Shown: positions 49,537-63,365, counted from the first letter of the stretch. The stretch is DNA of 64,000 bases from Vicugna vicugna (GCA_013265495.1 MU057377.1:62001-126000); one strand, 5' to 3'. Notes: generated by a model from the letters alone, not told the origin. Numbers and translations are program-made.

Positions 49537-49601
49537 GGAAAATCCAGAAAGAACCTTTGACTTGGTATTGAAAGTGAAATGTCATGCCTCTGAAAACGAA
49601 G
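49537..49601 (+). CDS. DENND1B: DENND1B (DENN domain-containing 1B / connecdenn 2, Rab35 GEF) coding exon 2
   Basis: Polypyrimidine tract plus ag|GGAAAATCC...AACGAAG|gtacgt. The 65 bp translate as (K)ENPERTFDLVLKVKCHASENE(D), matching the recalled human MDCRTKANPDRTFDLVLKVKCHASENEDPVV. Confidence 0.95.
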
Positions 49602-50911
49602 GTACGTATGTTTTGTTAATTCAGAACAACTGCTGATGTAGATACCGGGACATGATCGTATCAGGGTAATACTAGTGTTAAATGTGTGTTCTCTGTCTGG
49701 TGTCTCAAGTTCTGGGAATGAAATAGATGCCAGGTCTTTGCCCTGAGACGGTAGGAGTCATGGATGTTATCCGTGCAGCCTAAATTTCAGTGGTATGTTA
49801 GGGACATGGAACTTACAGCTTAACTTTGCTGTTTGTTGACATAGTTGTTGCTAGTTTTGGTGGATGCATACCTTTTCAGTTTCTTTCATTCATTTTTGAA
49901 AATTTAGCTCCGTTTTTAAGCACTAGGGAAACATTGCTCACCTGTTCAAATGAGAGCCACGCCAGTTTGCTTCAAATGTTTCCCAAATTCAAATGTTTCC
50001 CAAGTAGCCGCCTCCTCTGTAGGGTTTTCTCTTTCAGAGGGAGGTGAGCGGTCATGTGACATAACTTGGGAGGGTTTCAGCTGCCGGTTCTACGTGATTT
50101 CCTGAAATGATGAACACGCTTCAGTGTCATGATCTCTGTCAGTTTCCCCCACTTGGCTGGGTGTGTGTGTCCGTGGCGGGGACGGTGGTGGAGATGAGTG
50201 AGGGGTGTCTCCTCCGGCTTATTTCCTTCTTACCGTATGCTCGTGTCATCGTACCATGGGTATCTCCAGTGTGTGGTGTCCCTGGCAGTTTACAGAGACC
50301 CTAGATAGCGTGATGATTCAGTGGGACTTTGTGGAGACCAGCTGTCCCTTCTAAAGCCTTGGTGGAAAGTCTGCTGACACTCTTAGCTCCAGAAACTGGC
50401 CAGCAATTATGTGCTCTTCAGCAATTTGGAGCTGCGCACCTTAAAATAGAGGAGCCCAGCCCAGCTGTGGTGACCTGGCCGGGGCTAATTTTAGGTAGGA
50501 AGTCATGCACGTTCCTGGCCCCACCTGCCCTGCCTGCTGCACCTCTGGCCTGTCTGAACTTCAGCTGGGGTCAGGTTTTTTCCCGGGCAGGAACTGATCC
50601 TAGGTTGTAGGTGAGCTTTTTCAGATTAAAAAGGTTATCTTTTGTTGTCCTGGATGTATTAAAGTTGGTCTGTTTACATCTTTCCGGGCCCAGATAAGGT
50701 CTCTTTGGAGACTCAAATGGATGCATTTTTTTTCAGTTCCAATTTAAATCTATTCTGTAGTGTATTTATGGTACAAATGAATCTTCAGAACACCTACCGT
50801 AACATCAGCTAACGTGCATGGACGGATGCTGACCCGATGTGTTTGTAAAGCAGGCTGAGTTCCTTTGAGAAACATAGTTTCTCTATAATTTCTAGTGCAT
50901 GCTAACGTGGT

Positions 50912-51046
50912 CTTTTTCTTTCCTCTCCTTCCCTCCCCTCCCCTCCCCTCCCCTTCCCTCTTTCTGTTCTAATGGAGGCACTGGGGATTGAACCCAGGAC
51001 CTCGTGCATGCTAGACACGCACCCTACCACTGAGCTCTCCCCTCCG
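50912..51046 (-). mobile_element. tRNA-derived SINE (Vic-1-like) with (CCCCT)n tail
   Basis: aatggaggcactggggattgaacccaggacctcgtgcatgctagacacgcaccctaccactgagct. Confidence 0.9.
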
Positions 51047-54000
51047 CTCCCCAGTGTGGGCTTGATGACAGGTGGGCCTGCCTTACGCAGCACCTGATCC
51101 GTGGTGTTGAGGGGCCCGGCCTTCCCACACAGACCCTGAGGGTGCTCCGCCTCATCTCCTCCCTCGGCCTTTCCTGTTCTTCAGGAATTGGTCATTTCAG
51201 TTTGTTATTTTCTTCTGTCTGTCTTTTTCTACCTTCTTGCTTTTTTGCTTTTGTTATTGTTTAAATCACTACTCATCAGAACTGTCATCATTTGCATTTT
51301 AACAGTTTATCCAGCATGATGAAGTTGGAAACATAATAAATGGTTAAAATAAACACCCTTGGCCTCTCTGTAGGTTGCCATTAATCCATTCTACCCAGGT
51401 ATTCTGTGAAAATGGCTCATTGATAGTAAATTCTAAAGATTTTTTTAAAAGCTAACTTCACCTGTGTAAAAAGCATTAACAAGTACTCTTTTTTATTGTG
51501 ACTTGAATAACATGAATATGACTAATATTTTTGAGTCTAACAAGTTATATTTTTTATGGTCTAAAAAGTAACGCTACCATACAGCATTGGAATAGCAGCA
51601 GTAAACAGCGGAGAACAGCAGTGTCAGTACACCGTGTATCTTTGAGTTTACAAAATTTGTAGATCCCATGCTCATTTTTTAAAAAAGGAAAAGGTATATA
51701 CAATGTATGTAAATGCATGCAAAAATACACAGCAAAGACACTAGAAGAAAATACACCAAAATATGGACTATGAGTGACTCTGAGTAGTGGGATTAAGAAT
51801 GATTCTTTAGTTTCTCCCTTTGCTTCTCTAAGTTTAAATTTTTGTCTTTAATAAATATTTACAATTTGGGGGAAAAAAGTAATGCGGCTCTATAACTAAA
51901 ATTTTATGGCAAACTGAGAGTTTGATGTTTCTAAATTTTAAAGTTTTCTGCTTTATTGACCAATATTAAAGGGGAAAATGTCTAGAAATTATTAAAGAAA
52001 GTTACTGGAATATTCTTACTTAATTGTAAGTAAAGCCTATTTACTTATGAGTCTGATACGTGCATCATTTAAAGCAGGATACATTTCTTTCTGCTGACGT
52101 TTAAATGAACGTGGATGACATTCTTATGTAGTAATAGACCTGTAAAACAAAACGTGTAAATTGGGGTGCTTTAGAGTACAAATGTAAAACCAATTTAAAT
52201 CGTAAGAAAACTTGATGGTTCATAAAAGAGAAGTCAGGAAAGTAGGTCAGCAAAGGTCTGGATTCTTTCTGCGTCCCGGCTCTGCCACCCACGTAGCAGT
52301 GTCATCAGAAGACTGAGCTTCCTTGTGGTTGTAGGATGGCTATCAGATCACCTGCAACTCTGCTTCCTTGCTCATCACTCTGGGGATGATAGACACTGGC
52401 TTTGCATGGCACTCCCTTTAGAGCCGGAAAGTTTCTTCCCCAGAATCCCCCAGAATATTGGGTCCCGGGGGCCCAGGTTGACGTGGGTCTGGCCATTCCT
52501 AAAGTCGTCTTTGGTGGGGTAGTGGTGGGGGAGTGAGTGGCAGGATTATTGTCATAAATTTACTGAACAATGGGCAAGGAATAGACGCTGGGAAATTAGT
52601 TAAAATGCTCTTTGCAATTCTCAGAATATTGGTTTATTTTTTGAATGAATTGTTTATTTTTCAGAGTATTGGTGTATTTTTTGATAACTGCTTGATCCAG
52701 TAGAAAATGTGTTGCTCAGGGTAAACTTGGTTTATGCTAAGATTGGGACTATTACACTAAGTACGATATTTGGCATGTTTCTCATTTACTTTTTAATGGA
52801 GACGTTTCTCTTTGTCCCAAATAACTTAGATCATAAACATCTTCAGAGATAAGTTATCATTAGCTAAGTTTTAGTTGGCAGGCGGAAATGCACTGCCGAA
52901 GTGTAACTTGGTGCAGCTGGCTCTTGTAGGTGATTCTCTTCATCTTATCTGTTGCTGTGTAGACTTTTTGCAAAGGCGTTACACTGATTTTTTGAAAACA
53001 GCACGTTTTGGAGCACTGGGGAGTCGTTTCACGTGAAGGGCCCCACAAATGTAAACACTGCTGTGAGCAGGGTTGACAGCGTCTCCCTACGGTGATGGCA
53101 GTTCCCCGGGGTGCTGGTGGGGTCCGGCATCTTCCCACGGGTGTGTTCCTGGTAACGTCTGCTTCAGCTGCCGATCGGAGAGTGAGGTGCCAGCACTTTC
53201 ATCTTGACGCTCTCCCTGTCAGATTCCCAAACTGACGGCGGTCGTCACCCTTTGCTGTCTTTCTTGCTTCCCAGCCAAGGGTGATGGCCTGGCCCCAGTT
53301 CCCGTAACAGGTCTTGCTGTTACGGTGCTTCCCCCAGCGAGAGTCGGGACCACGTGGGGAGATGCTGGAGTATAAGCTGTATGTGGTGCAGGTGCTTTTT
53401 TTTAAACAGGAATACAGTGTCTTCCCTGAAATCAATGCATGAAGCAAAATCCACATGAAAGAATTGCTGAGCTCTTTCCTCGCGGCACTGACGCTGATGC
53501 TCGTTTTTTTAAGGGTTTACATCTCCACATTCAGTGACTCTTTGATCTAACAGTTCTGCTTGTTAGTAGTTATCAACACGTCTTTTAGGAAACCTTGTTT
53601 TCTTTGAAATTTCTCTTTAGCTAGAGAAATTTCTCTTAGGAACAAACCCATCTTTGCTACCGACTTCCCATTTTTATCAGCCCGTCTTTGTGATCTCTAG
53701 CTTATGTGAACAGTTTAACTGTTCTTAAATCAGAAACTTAGGCCGAAGAATCCTAACTCAGTCAGTGTCCTCCATGCTCTGAAAAAAAAAAGGTGTATTT
53801 CTAAGGTCACTTTTGCATTTGATAAGCTTTTGTCTATAGGGACTCTCTTTACACAGACCTGCAGCCTTTTCCTCATGCCTGTGTTCTGGCACTGCCTGTG
53901 TTCTCATAGGTATGTCTAATACAGTGGTAGATGCACATGCAGATTTATCTTAGTGTCTGGCATATTTAGTGAATATTTACAGAATGGATAACAGAAATTG

Positions 54001-55510
54001 GACCGAGCATCGTGCCTGACCATCCGTCAGGTGAGTGCTGATCACGTGAATTCACAGAAGCCGCCCCTGTAGACGTGATCCTCAGGGTGCACTGGGGTGA
54101 CGGTAGCGGGGACATCAGCAGTCCGTGACATCTGCACCAGAGTGTTTGGAGCTCCTGCGCTCAGGCTCTCCCGACTCAGGACCCGCGTCTGCTCTGCCCT
54201 GTGCTTATGTCACAGGGTTGGTCGCTGGGACAGTTGCTGTGTGTGTGTGTCTGTGAGGCTGCCGTGACCCCCAGTTACGCCCGTCCGCAAAAACCCGAGG
54301 GAGCCCTACACCTGGAAGGTGGAGCTTTGGTGAATCATACACACAGGAGAGTGTTCAGGAGACCTGCCCTGTTTGCTCAGAGTGGCCGCCGTGCCTCTGC
54401 TCTGGCCTTGTGTTCATGAAGGAGCCCTGAGTCCTTCTTCCAGGTGCTTGAGGGTGAATTAGAGTCATCTGGCCTGAAAGTTCTCACTTTATGTCCTACC
54501 TTGTTGAAGAAGGAAAAGAACTTATTTTCATATATTTGCTAACCAGGGACGTTTTAAAGTGCACATCCAGTGTTAGCAGGAGGCGTTTTTGGGGTACTTG
54601 ACGCCAGCAGCCATGGAGATATTTTAGATAACAATGAAAATCAAAGGGGGCTAAATGTGAAGTGTGTTCTCAGTCAGTTCCAAAAGCATCTTTCTTCTGT
54701 GGAGATAAGTTTTAATATTTAACATTCAGAAACTTTTCCCTCTTTCAAACTCCTCAGCTTTTGCTAAAGGTCTACTGTGGAAACTAGGAGAGGTTTTTGC
54801 TTTGTTTTGTTTTCATTCCAAGTAGGAAGCGCTCAGGACAGCTCTGAGGACCTCCTGCCGTGGGTGGTGCTCCTGTGCTGGTAGGTGGGTCGGTTTTCCT
54901 GCCGTATTTATTTTCAGCACGGTTGGACTCTTAGTTGATACGAATTAAGGATGTTAATGTATTCCAGGTGGTGATTTAACTTTATCTTTGGGAAAGGGTG
55001 TATTGTTTCGCGTTTCTGTGGTAGCCAGTCCTTGGCCTGGTGGGCGAACTTGCCAGAGGCTCTCCTGAATTGATTTTCTAGGGGTCTTAGGCCACGTTGC
55101 AGAGGAGAACAGTAGCAGAATAGAACTGGAGGTTTCCACGCGGGTCACCCAGTGCAACCCACGAGAGGAGAATTGCTGTGACGTCTTTTACAACTTGGGG
55201 GCCCTGCTCCCGCCATGCAGGTGCTGTGCTGGGGTCATCATGCTGCCCTGTGATGCCCAGAGGGTCCCAGTGAGCATCACACAGGCCTGCCCACCACTCT
55301 TCAAATAACTTCTTTAAGTAGGTGGTGTTGCTTAATATATTTATCTGATTAAAGTAATTCACAGTAAGGTGTAAACAGCCGATAGACAGCCCTTGAGGGA
55401 GCATTTTAATTTTAAGGAAAGCCTTGTGCACTTGACTTAATTAAAAAGATGCAGCTTGCTGGGGTGGAAAGATCTCTGAACTAAGGAGCAAATGTCCTGT
55501 CAATTTCTAG

Positions 55511-56497
55511 TTTTTTTTTTAAACATTTTTTAAATTGAGTTATAGTCATTTTACAATGTTGTGTCAAATTCCAGTGTAGAGCACAATTTTTCAGTTATAC
55601 ATGAACATACATATATTCATTGTCACATTCTCTTTCTCTGTGAACCGCAAGATCCTGTATATATTTCCCTGTGCTACACAGTACAATCTTGTTTATCTGT
55701 TCTACATTTTGAAATCCAGTCTGTCCCTTCCCACCCCCCCGTCCCCTGGCAACCACAAGTTTGTATTCTATGTCTATGAGTCTGTTTCTGTTTTGTATTT
55801 CTGTTTTTTTTTTTTTAATTTTAGATTCCACATATGAGCGATCTCATATGGTATTTTTCTTTCTCTTTCTGGCTTACTTCACTTAGAATGACATTCTCCA
55901 GTAACACCCACGTTGCTGCAAATGGCATTATGTTGTCGGTTTTTATGGCTGAGTAGTGTTCCATTGTATAAATATACCACATCTTCTTTCTCCAGTCGTC
56001 CGTTGATGGACATTTAGGCTGTTTCCATGTCTTGGCTATTGTAAATAGTGTTGCTGTGAACATTGGGGTGCAGGTGTCATCCTGAAGTAGGGTTCCTTCT
56101 GGGTATATGCCCAGGAGCGGGATTCCTGGGTCGTATGGTAAGTCTATCCCTAGTCTTTTGAGGAATCTCCACACTGTTTTCCATAGTGGCTGCACCAAAC
56201 TGCATTCCCACCAGCGGTGTAGGAGGCTTCCCCTTTCTCCACAGCCTCTCCAGCATTTGTCTTTCATGGACTTTTGAATGACGGCCATTCTGACTGGTGT
56301 GAGGTGATACCTCGTTGTAGTTTTGATTTGCATTTCTCTGATAATTAGTGATATTGAGCATTTTTTCATGTGCTTTTTGATCATTTGTATGTCTTCCTTG
56401 GAGAATGGCTTGTTTAGGTCTTCTGCCCAGTTTTGGATTGGGTTGTTTATTTTTTTCTTATTGAGTCGTTTGAGCTGCTTACATATTCTGGAGATTG
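55511..56497 (-). mobile_element. Young 5'-truncated camelid L1 with an open ORF2 C-terminus (CCHC zinc knuckle)
   Basis: ORF 55821-56654(-) contains L1 ORF2 ...[14 protein letters not shown]...[12 protein letters not shown]...[18 protein letters not shown]...TWKQPKCPS...; poly-T at 55511. Confidence 0.95.
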
Positions 56498-56719
56498 TCA
56501 AGTCAGGTTTTATCACTTCCCATCTGTGTGGAGACTGGTTATGACTTGTGACGAGCAGCTTTAATATGTGTGTGAGCGCACTTAGAGTATCTGTGCAGGG
56601 AATTTCATTAAGACATTTTTTGTTTGTTGTTTCTAACTTCCCAGTTAATGACATAAAGCTGTAGCATCATGGTCACAGTGCCTTATTTACTGATTTCTCT
56701 GAGTAGGCTTCCAGTTAGA

Positions 56720-56975
56720 TGTATTACAGGCATAGAAATATGCACTGTTCATCTGATGTTTACAATGTGTTGGTAAGCGTGCCAAGAGCCTACCTACCCT
56801 GCTCATCCTCACTACAACCGCATGGAGTGGGGACTGTTACCCTTTTGAAAAAGGTGAGGAAATGGAATCTCAGAAAGGTGAAATAACATGCCCGAGTCAC
56901 ACAGCTCGTCACAAGGTGGGGGGGCTGCAGTTTGAATCTGATTTTCTGATTCCAGAGCCGTTGTGCTGTGCTGCC
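56720..56975. mobile_element. MIR SINE
   Basis: aggtgaggaaatggaatctcagaaaggtgaaataacatgcccgagtcacacagct. Confidence 0.75.
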
Positions 56976-57164
56976 TTTAAAGCAATCATCTTTCTAATAG
57001 CACTGAAGTTTTCTTGGTGGCAATTTTAGAAAGCAACCCTTTTAGAAAATCCCTAATTCTAGGCCTGACCAGAGTTGTCGTGATATTATGTGACAGTTTT
57101 TAACAGACATCAGAAGACGCCGATGAGAAGAAGAGCACACACACGGTAGGAAGTGTTCAGCCTC

Positions 57165-57400
57165 TTTCCATTCATTCATTCAGTGAGTGATTCTGGGCAC
57201 GGGTATGTGTCAGACACAGATGCAAAGCAGTTGAGAAGAGGACGTTCTCTGGGAGGGAGTGTCAGTCTCAGTCAGTGACGGTGACCCTGCTGTGAACACT
57301 GTGGTGGGGCTTGCACGGGGCTTGCACGGGCATAGCCTGAGCTCCAGGGGCGGGGCACCAGGGACCACAGGGGCCAGAGGTGGGGAAGGGTCCTGAGGTG
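57165..57400. mobile_element. L2 3' fragment
   Basis: ttccattcattcattcagtgagtg...tatgtgtcagacac. Confidence 0.5.
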
Positions 57401-57544
57401 ACGGAGGGAGGGACAGCCAGAGACCTTGTCAGAAGTCCATGGGTACCAGGTGGTTATCTCTTTCTCAAGTTAGTTGTTGTACTTCTTTTCCAAGATCTTG
57501 TGCAAATAATTAAGAGTAAAGAGTTAAAGAATGTGAAAAAGAGT

Positions 57545-57630
57545 GTTTATCGCTGAATCGCTGTGCTGCACACCAGAAACTAACACAGCATTGTAGATCA
57601 ACTCTATGTCAATAAAAAATTTTTTAAAGA
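57545..57630 (+). mobile_element. Short cetartiodactyl L1 3' tail
   Basis: ctgaatcgctgtgctgcacaccagaaactaacacagcattgtagatcaactctatgtcaataaaaaa. Confidence 0.8.
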
Positions 57631-60519
57631 GAATATATTTCTTTTTGGTCCAAATACTTCTAAGTAAGGACGATGGTTAAGAAGCATTCTCTCTGCTACG
57701 ACATGAGCTGCCTTGGCAGGGGTTGGTGGGTTAGTTTTGTTTGCTCAGAGCCTGAAACAGTGTCTGATCCAAAATATGTATTCAGTGAGCATTTGTTCGA
57801 CTGTTGAAACACAACTTTTAAGGTCCTAAGATGGCTTTTAGAGAAAAGGAATGGAAATTGTGAAGGGTATTGGGAGATACTGTTATTCAATTTATTTCTT
57901 CTTTAAAAATCAAACAGCTTTATCAAACAGGTGGAATCTGTGAGAGTGAAGCTACCAAAGTGGACGGTGTAAAAAGAAGTTGCTGAGGATAAGTATCCTC
58001 CTGCTGCTTGCCTCGTGGCAGGTATTTTCTGTCCTGAACTTGGTCTTTGTCACCCTGACTTGTGCCAACACTGGATTTGAGGTTTGTAAGGACGAGCGTC
58101 TCTTTGGATCTCTTGTAGATTTTCAGAGGGCGTCATCCATGTGGACGATGTTGAGTAATTACTTGTTGAATGTGGTGCCCTGTAATTAAGGTGAAATTAT
58201 TAGTAGAAGGTTGTGCTCTGTTTCCAACACCTATTTTAGATTTCTTAAATCTTTTAAAAAACTTTAATGTAAAGAACTTTGAAAGGTGACAGATTTTTAT
58301 CATCACAAGTAATAGGTGCTTTAGTTAAATTTTTTTTCGAGCAGAACTGTTGATAAACCACAGGCTCTGTGATTCAGTAGGCAGAACTGGTGAAGATCAG
58401 ATAGAGCCTTTTCCTCTTTCAGTTCCTTCTCCTTTATCATCTGAATCTGAAAATGCAGCACACAGCTGTCGGCTTAGTACCTCTGATGGTCTTCTGCAAA
58501 TGTATAAGCGTCCAGAAATTAGTCATTTCAAAAGTAATTGTGTCTTGGTTTGGTAGCAGAAATGCACCAGCATAAAGATGTGGTTGGTGTTCAAATTTAT
58601 CATTAATTAACATGAAGCAGTCCTTTAACATTCTGTCACCTGAGGAGTTGTAAAATTTAGACTTCATATTAATTTTGATGAAAGACTATTTTAAATAACT
58701 TATGAATTTGTGCAGAAAACATTGGTTGAAATGAAAGACACATAAGTTCAGACGTGTTTTAATGCCCTGGAACCCCATATGTCCTCAAAGTCTACACACT
58801 GAGAATATGTGGAAGTGGTTCAGGAGGGGTTCTGAAGTGGTTTTTTTTGTCTGTTTGTTTTTTTGAGATTCCAGTGTATTTTGGATATGACGTTTGGAAG
58901 AAGAAGTCGTGTAATATTTGGGGAATTTTTTTCAAGGTCTTGTTTATTGTTACTCTTTGATATGAATTAAAATGGCCTTTTCTATTTTGTAATTATGAGC
59001 GATTAGTGAGTTTATTTTCAGAAAATACTGTTATCTCTTTTTATTTTGTTCTTATGACTGCAGAGGACATGAGCACTAAGGTTTGGAGCTGTAGTCTTGC
59101 TGTGGAGCGTGTGGTTGGTGCTGAGCATCTGCGGAACGATGAGTGCCCGTCAGGAGCAGCAGAGTCTCACCAGGGTTGCGTATTGGTGTGCTCCCCGCGT
59201 GCAGAGTTGTTATGTACTAAAGTGCCAGTTTCCAAGTTTTTAATGGTTACTATTGTGCTTGTTTATAACAATGTTTATTCCAAAAAGCAGAAATATTAAA
59301 ACAGATTACTAGTTGAAAGCCAAAATTTTAATTTGTAAATATCTACTTCATTTTTAGCCTAACAGTTGAAGACAAATGAATCTACAGTGTAATCCTGTGT
59401 GTGTGGCACTGCTCTGCGTTTGGTCTCTGAGGCTGAGGTCACTGTCCAGAGTGCTTTGTGAAGCCATTGTGGAATCCATTTACTTACAGTTTAACTCAAT
59501 TTGGGAATTTATAAAATCTAATTTTTTGGACTCATTTCCCTCAGATATTATCCAGATTGGCAGCGACCGCTTTGTTTGTAGATGGGTGGGAAGGAGAGTG
59601 GGGATGCCCTCCCGTCAGACGTGGTGCCCAGGCCTCGCGCCCCGCCCCACGGCTCTCTTCCTCGTGGTGTGGGTTCGAAATGGCGGCCAGAGAACCGACA
59701 GCGAGGTCCCGGAGCGCGTGCGAGTCACCCCCTCAGCCGTCAGGTTTACCGTGGTTTACAGTTTGTCTTTTTATGGTATTTTAATTCTTTGAAAATGCAT
59801 GCTTTGCATTATGTTAAATATGTATGACAGGTTTAACATACATGGTTTATATTCACTTGAAAACAATTTTAAATGTGACTAGAACTTACCTTGTTTGGGT
59901 ACGGCTGAATTTAACTTGGTTAGAACACAGAAATTATCCATGCATTGCTATGAAGGGACTCGTCAGTTCTTATTCTGAGTTGTAACTCGTAATTCAGAAG
60001 CTAGGCTTGGGAGGCAGTGACGGTGCTGTTGCTTGGTTGATGGCTGGCCATCTCCGAGGGAGGCCTTCCTCCCACACGGTGGGGCTGGCCCGGAGGGAGG
60101 GGGCTGTTGAATCTTGGCAACCAAGGGACAGGCCAGAGGCCCTGCTTCTACCCCTGGGATCTGTAACCAGTAGCCCGGCCCAGGGAGGCCTGCTGGCTGT
60201 TTGCACCACCTCATGCCGTCTGCATGGAGGTGTTAAATTCTGGAATTTGTGTCTGCCTTGTTTTGCTTCTACTTTCTGGTGCTTTTGATGTTTATTCTTT
60301 CATTTATTAGACATTGAATATTTTTATATTCCTTTAAACTGAGCTTAGTTCTGTAGTTTTAAAATTTTGCTTTTATTTGCACTAGCTTCTTTTCTTATTA
60401 TTTTGTATTAATTTCTTTTAGTCAGTTTTTTAAATGTTTTAATTCCTTTTATTGTTTAAAAAACCATTTACTTATTTATTATTTTTTCCTCATTATGTGT
60501 TTTTTTATTGCTGCCCAGC

Positions 60520-60756
60520 TTTTTTTTTTAAATTTTTTTATTGCGTTAGAGTCATTTTACGATGTTGTGTCAAATTCCAGTGTGGAGCACAATTTTTCAG
60601 TTATGCATGAACAGGCATATATTCATTGTCACATTTTTTCCGCTGTGAGCCACCACAAGATCTTGTATATATTTCCCTGTGGCATTCAGTACAATCTTGT
60701 CTAGCTGTTCTGCATGTGCCGGTCAGTATCTATAAATTTTGAACTCCCAGTCTGTC
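60520..60756 (-). mobile_element. Young camelid L1 3' UTR fragment
   Basis: Closely similar to 55511-55730 (gttgtgtcaaattccagtgt(a/g)gagcacaatttttcagttat). Confidence 0.9.
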
Positions 60757-60964
60757 TGAAAAACCATTTCATGAAATACCTAGTTTGAAAGAAGTTTTGC
60801 TCTTTCTTGTTCTGCTACAGAGTGCTGTTCGTATGCTGCTGCTTTTCCTAATGAGGAGACAAGGAAAGCTGGTAGGGGAGAGTGAACACTGTTACTGTTT
60901 CTCCCTTAACCTGATTGTTTTCTGTGCATGGGAAATGAGTGTAGTATGGCCTAGCGTAATACTT

Positions 60965-61560
60965 TCTTTTTCCTTCCAGTTCTGTTGAGGTGCAGTTGAC
61001 ACACCGCACTGTGTAAGTTTAAGGTGTGCAGCATAATGGTTCGATTTACATGCATCATGAAATGATTACCACAATATGTGAACGTCTATCTCACGTAGAT
61101 ACAAAAGTAAAGAAATAGAAAAAAATGCTTTTTCCTTGTGATGAAAACTCTTAGGATTTACCCCCTTAACAACTCTGTAACACGCAGCAGTCCTGATCGT
61201 ACTTCTCGTGCTGCACATCACGCCCCTAGTCCTTACTTACCTTGCAGCTGGAAGTTTGTCCCTTTTGGCTGTCTTCGTCCAGTTCCCCGTCTCCCACTCC
61301 CTGCCTCTAGTAGCTGCAGATCTGATCTCTTCTTCTGTGAGTTTGTCTTTAGAGTGTAATTGGATCACAACACTGTGTTAGTTCCTGTGACACAGCACAG
61401 TGACCTGGTGTTCATGTGCCTTTCAGAGTTAGCACCAGGGTGAGTCTGGTGGTGATAAGTCACCGCAGAAGGATGTTCCACAGTTCCTGACTGCAGTCCC
61501 CACCCTGTGCATTTCGTAGCCGGGACTCATCTGTTGTGCACCTGGAAGTTTGTACCTTCT
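60965..61560 (-). mobile_element. L1 (L1MA-type) 3' UTR fragments
   Basis: ttgaggtgcagttgacac...gtgtaagtttaaggtgtgcagcataatg...gtgatgaaaactcttaggatttac...ctggaagtttgt (twice). Confidence 0.75.
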
Positions 61561-61754
61561 CATGTTTTGGAGACTCTGATCCCCAGAACAAGGTCTACAT
61601 TTAAGTCTGTTTTAGATCCTCCATGATCCAGGCTCAGAATGAGCGTTTTAGACTAACTTTATTGCTCCATGTCACTCACCACTCACACTGATCTTAGGTG
61701 ATCCTCAGATGCCATTGCTTTTCTGTCTGGGGTGCCATTCCCTTCCATTTCTGT

Positions 61755-61970
61755 ATGTGGCCGTTCCTCCGTGTCCACAGGGATTGGTTCCAGGGCCTGT
61801 CGGGGATGCCAGAATTCCAGGATAGTTGATTTCCAGTCCCACGGTTGGCCCTCTGCAGCCATGGATCCCGCATCCACAGATCCGCAGGGCCGACCGCGTG
61901 TTTATTGAAAAACCTCTGCGCGTGTGCCGGCCAGCGCATGCCAACCCCACGTTGTTCACGGGTCAGCTGT
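61755..61970. mobile_element. MER8/MER2-like TcMar-Tigger MITE
   Basis: gggattggttccaggg...ttgaaaaacctctgcg...gttgttcacgggtcagctg. Confidence 0.75.
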
Positions 61971-62769
61971 CGCCCACTTGTACGTCTAATCACAGCTCGG
62001 CTCGTGAAGTGCCCGTCATCCCTAATGCATGTTAGTGTGCTGAGCTTTCTGTCATCAGGTGATCCATTCGTTTTAATGATAATTCTCTAAAAATTTATAG
62101 TTGTTTAAGTAGCAGTTATTTTAAAAGGTTTTAAAAGTAGTAGTCTTTTAAGTTCGAAAAAACACAGGTGATAAAATGTTTACTACCATTATACAAAGGG
62201 GAATACAAGAAAGAGTAAGTCTCCGCCCGCCTCAGATCCAAAGTCCCTTAGCTCCGCTCCCTGGAGGATAGAGTTGGCTGTTTTTTGTACATCATTTCGG
62301 GAAATTTCAATGCATTGGCCAGCATATTTATGTAAGTGTTCCCTTGGACATATATGGATGCATTCCAAGCAAACTGTTACCTCTTTGCTTCGTTTAGTTT
62401 AGTCTGCAGATTCTTCTAATTCCTCACGCAGAGCTCTGGCTCATTGCTGTGTTTGTGCTCACCCAGCGATGCACTGTGAGCTGGTTCGACTTCAGTTTCT
62501 TCCCTGGGATCTTCTGTCTATAAGAAAGCTTTTCCATCTTTAAGTTAATTTTGATGTAAATGATGTGTTAAAATTCTTGAAGTCTTTTATTTTTAGCTTT
62601 TTGTTATTAGTGCCATGTCAGTTCCGTAAAGTAGAAATAGTCAAGCTTTTGCTTTGATGGAGAAAAGATTTAGTTTGCCTGTCTCTTATCATGTCTTTTC
62701 ATCATATATATATAAAGACCGTTTTCCCCTAAAATTACACTTTGAAAATATTATTCTTTCATTAGGAGT

Positions 62770-62990
62770 ATTAGTTTATTGTAAAATTTGGAAAATCTGG
62801 GCTCAAAATCCATTTGCATCATCTGCTGTCTTTGTGACTTTGGGCAAATCAGTTACCCATTTTTTATGTCTCTCTTTCCTCATCAATAATATGGGTTTAA
62901 TAAATGTATCCACTTCACATTATCACCTGAGAAAATGTATGTGAAAAAAATGACAAATTGTAAAATTCTATACAAATGTTCTGAGAAATT
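62770..62990 (+). mobile_element. MIR SINE
   Basis: ctgggctcaaaatcc...tgtgactttgggcaaatcagttacc...tttcctcatcaataatatggg. Confidence 0.7.
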
Positions 62991-63365
62991 AAAATCATCT
63001 TGCTACCTAATATATAAGATTTTCCTCAATATCTATCTAGAACAAACCAAAAGTAGTATTTGTCATCAAGTATTTTCTCTTTGTTTTCAAATTGTGTGCA
63101 GTTCTTTAGTTTTTACCTTAGTGACCAATACAACTCTTAATGTTTCTCTCTCTTTCCCTGTGTGTTTTGGGAAATCAGTCGGTGATGTGGTTTGTATTAT
63201 ACTATGTTTAACTTTTTAATAATGCCAGTTCTCTTCTGCATTTGTGAGTAAACATAATATTTTTATTGAATCCCTCAAGTAAGATAAGAGAAAAAGCATG
63301 TCTTCCATCCTGAAGGGGCATAAGACTACTGATTCTGTTTAGATTGCTCAACATTGTTCTATTTA

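Noticed and set aside
50318..50345. ggactttgtggagaccag as DENND1B exon 3 (…EDFGDQ)
   Set aside because: There is no upstream PVVLWKFP coding match, the frame is broken, and no GT donor follows.
55821..56654. 277-aa ORF as a host gene
   Set aside because: It is the L1 ORF2 C-terminus with a chance in-frame extension into flanking DNA.
59376..59827. 138-aa and overlapping ORFs in intron 2
   Set aside because: No recognisable domain, no processed-pseudogene hallmarks (poly(A), TSD) and no convincing splice sites.
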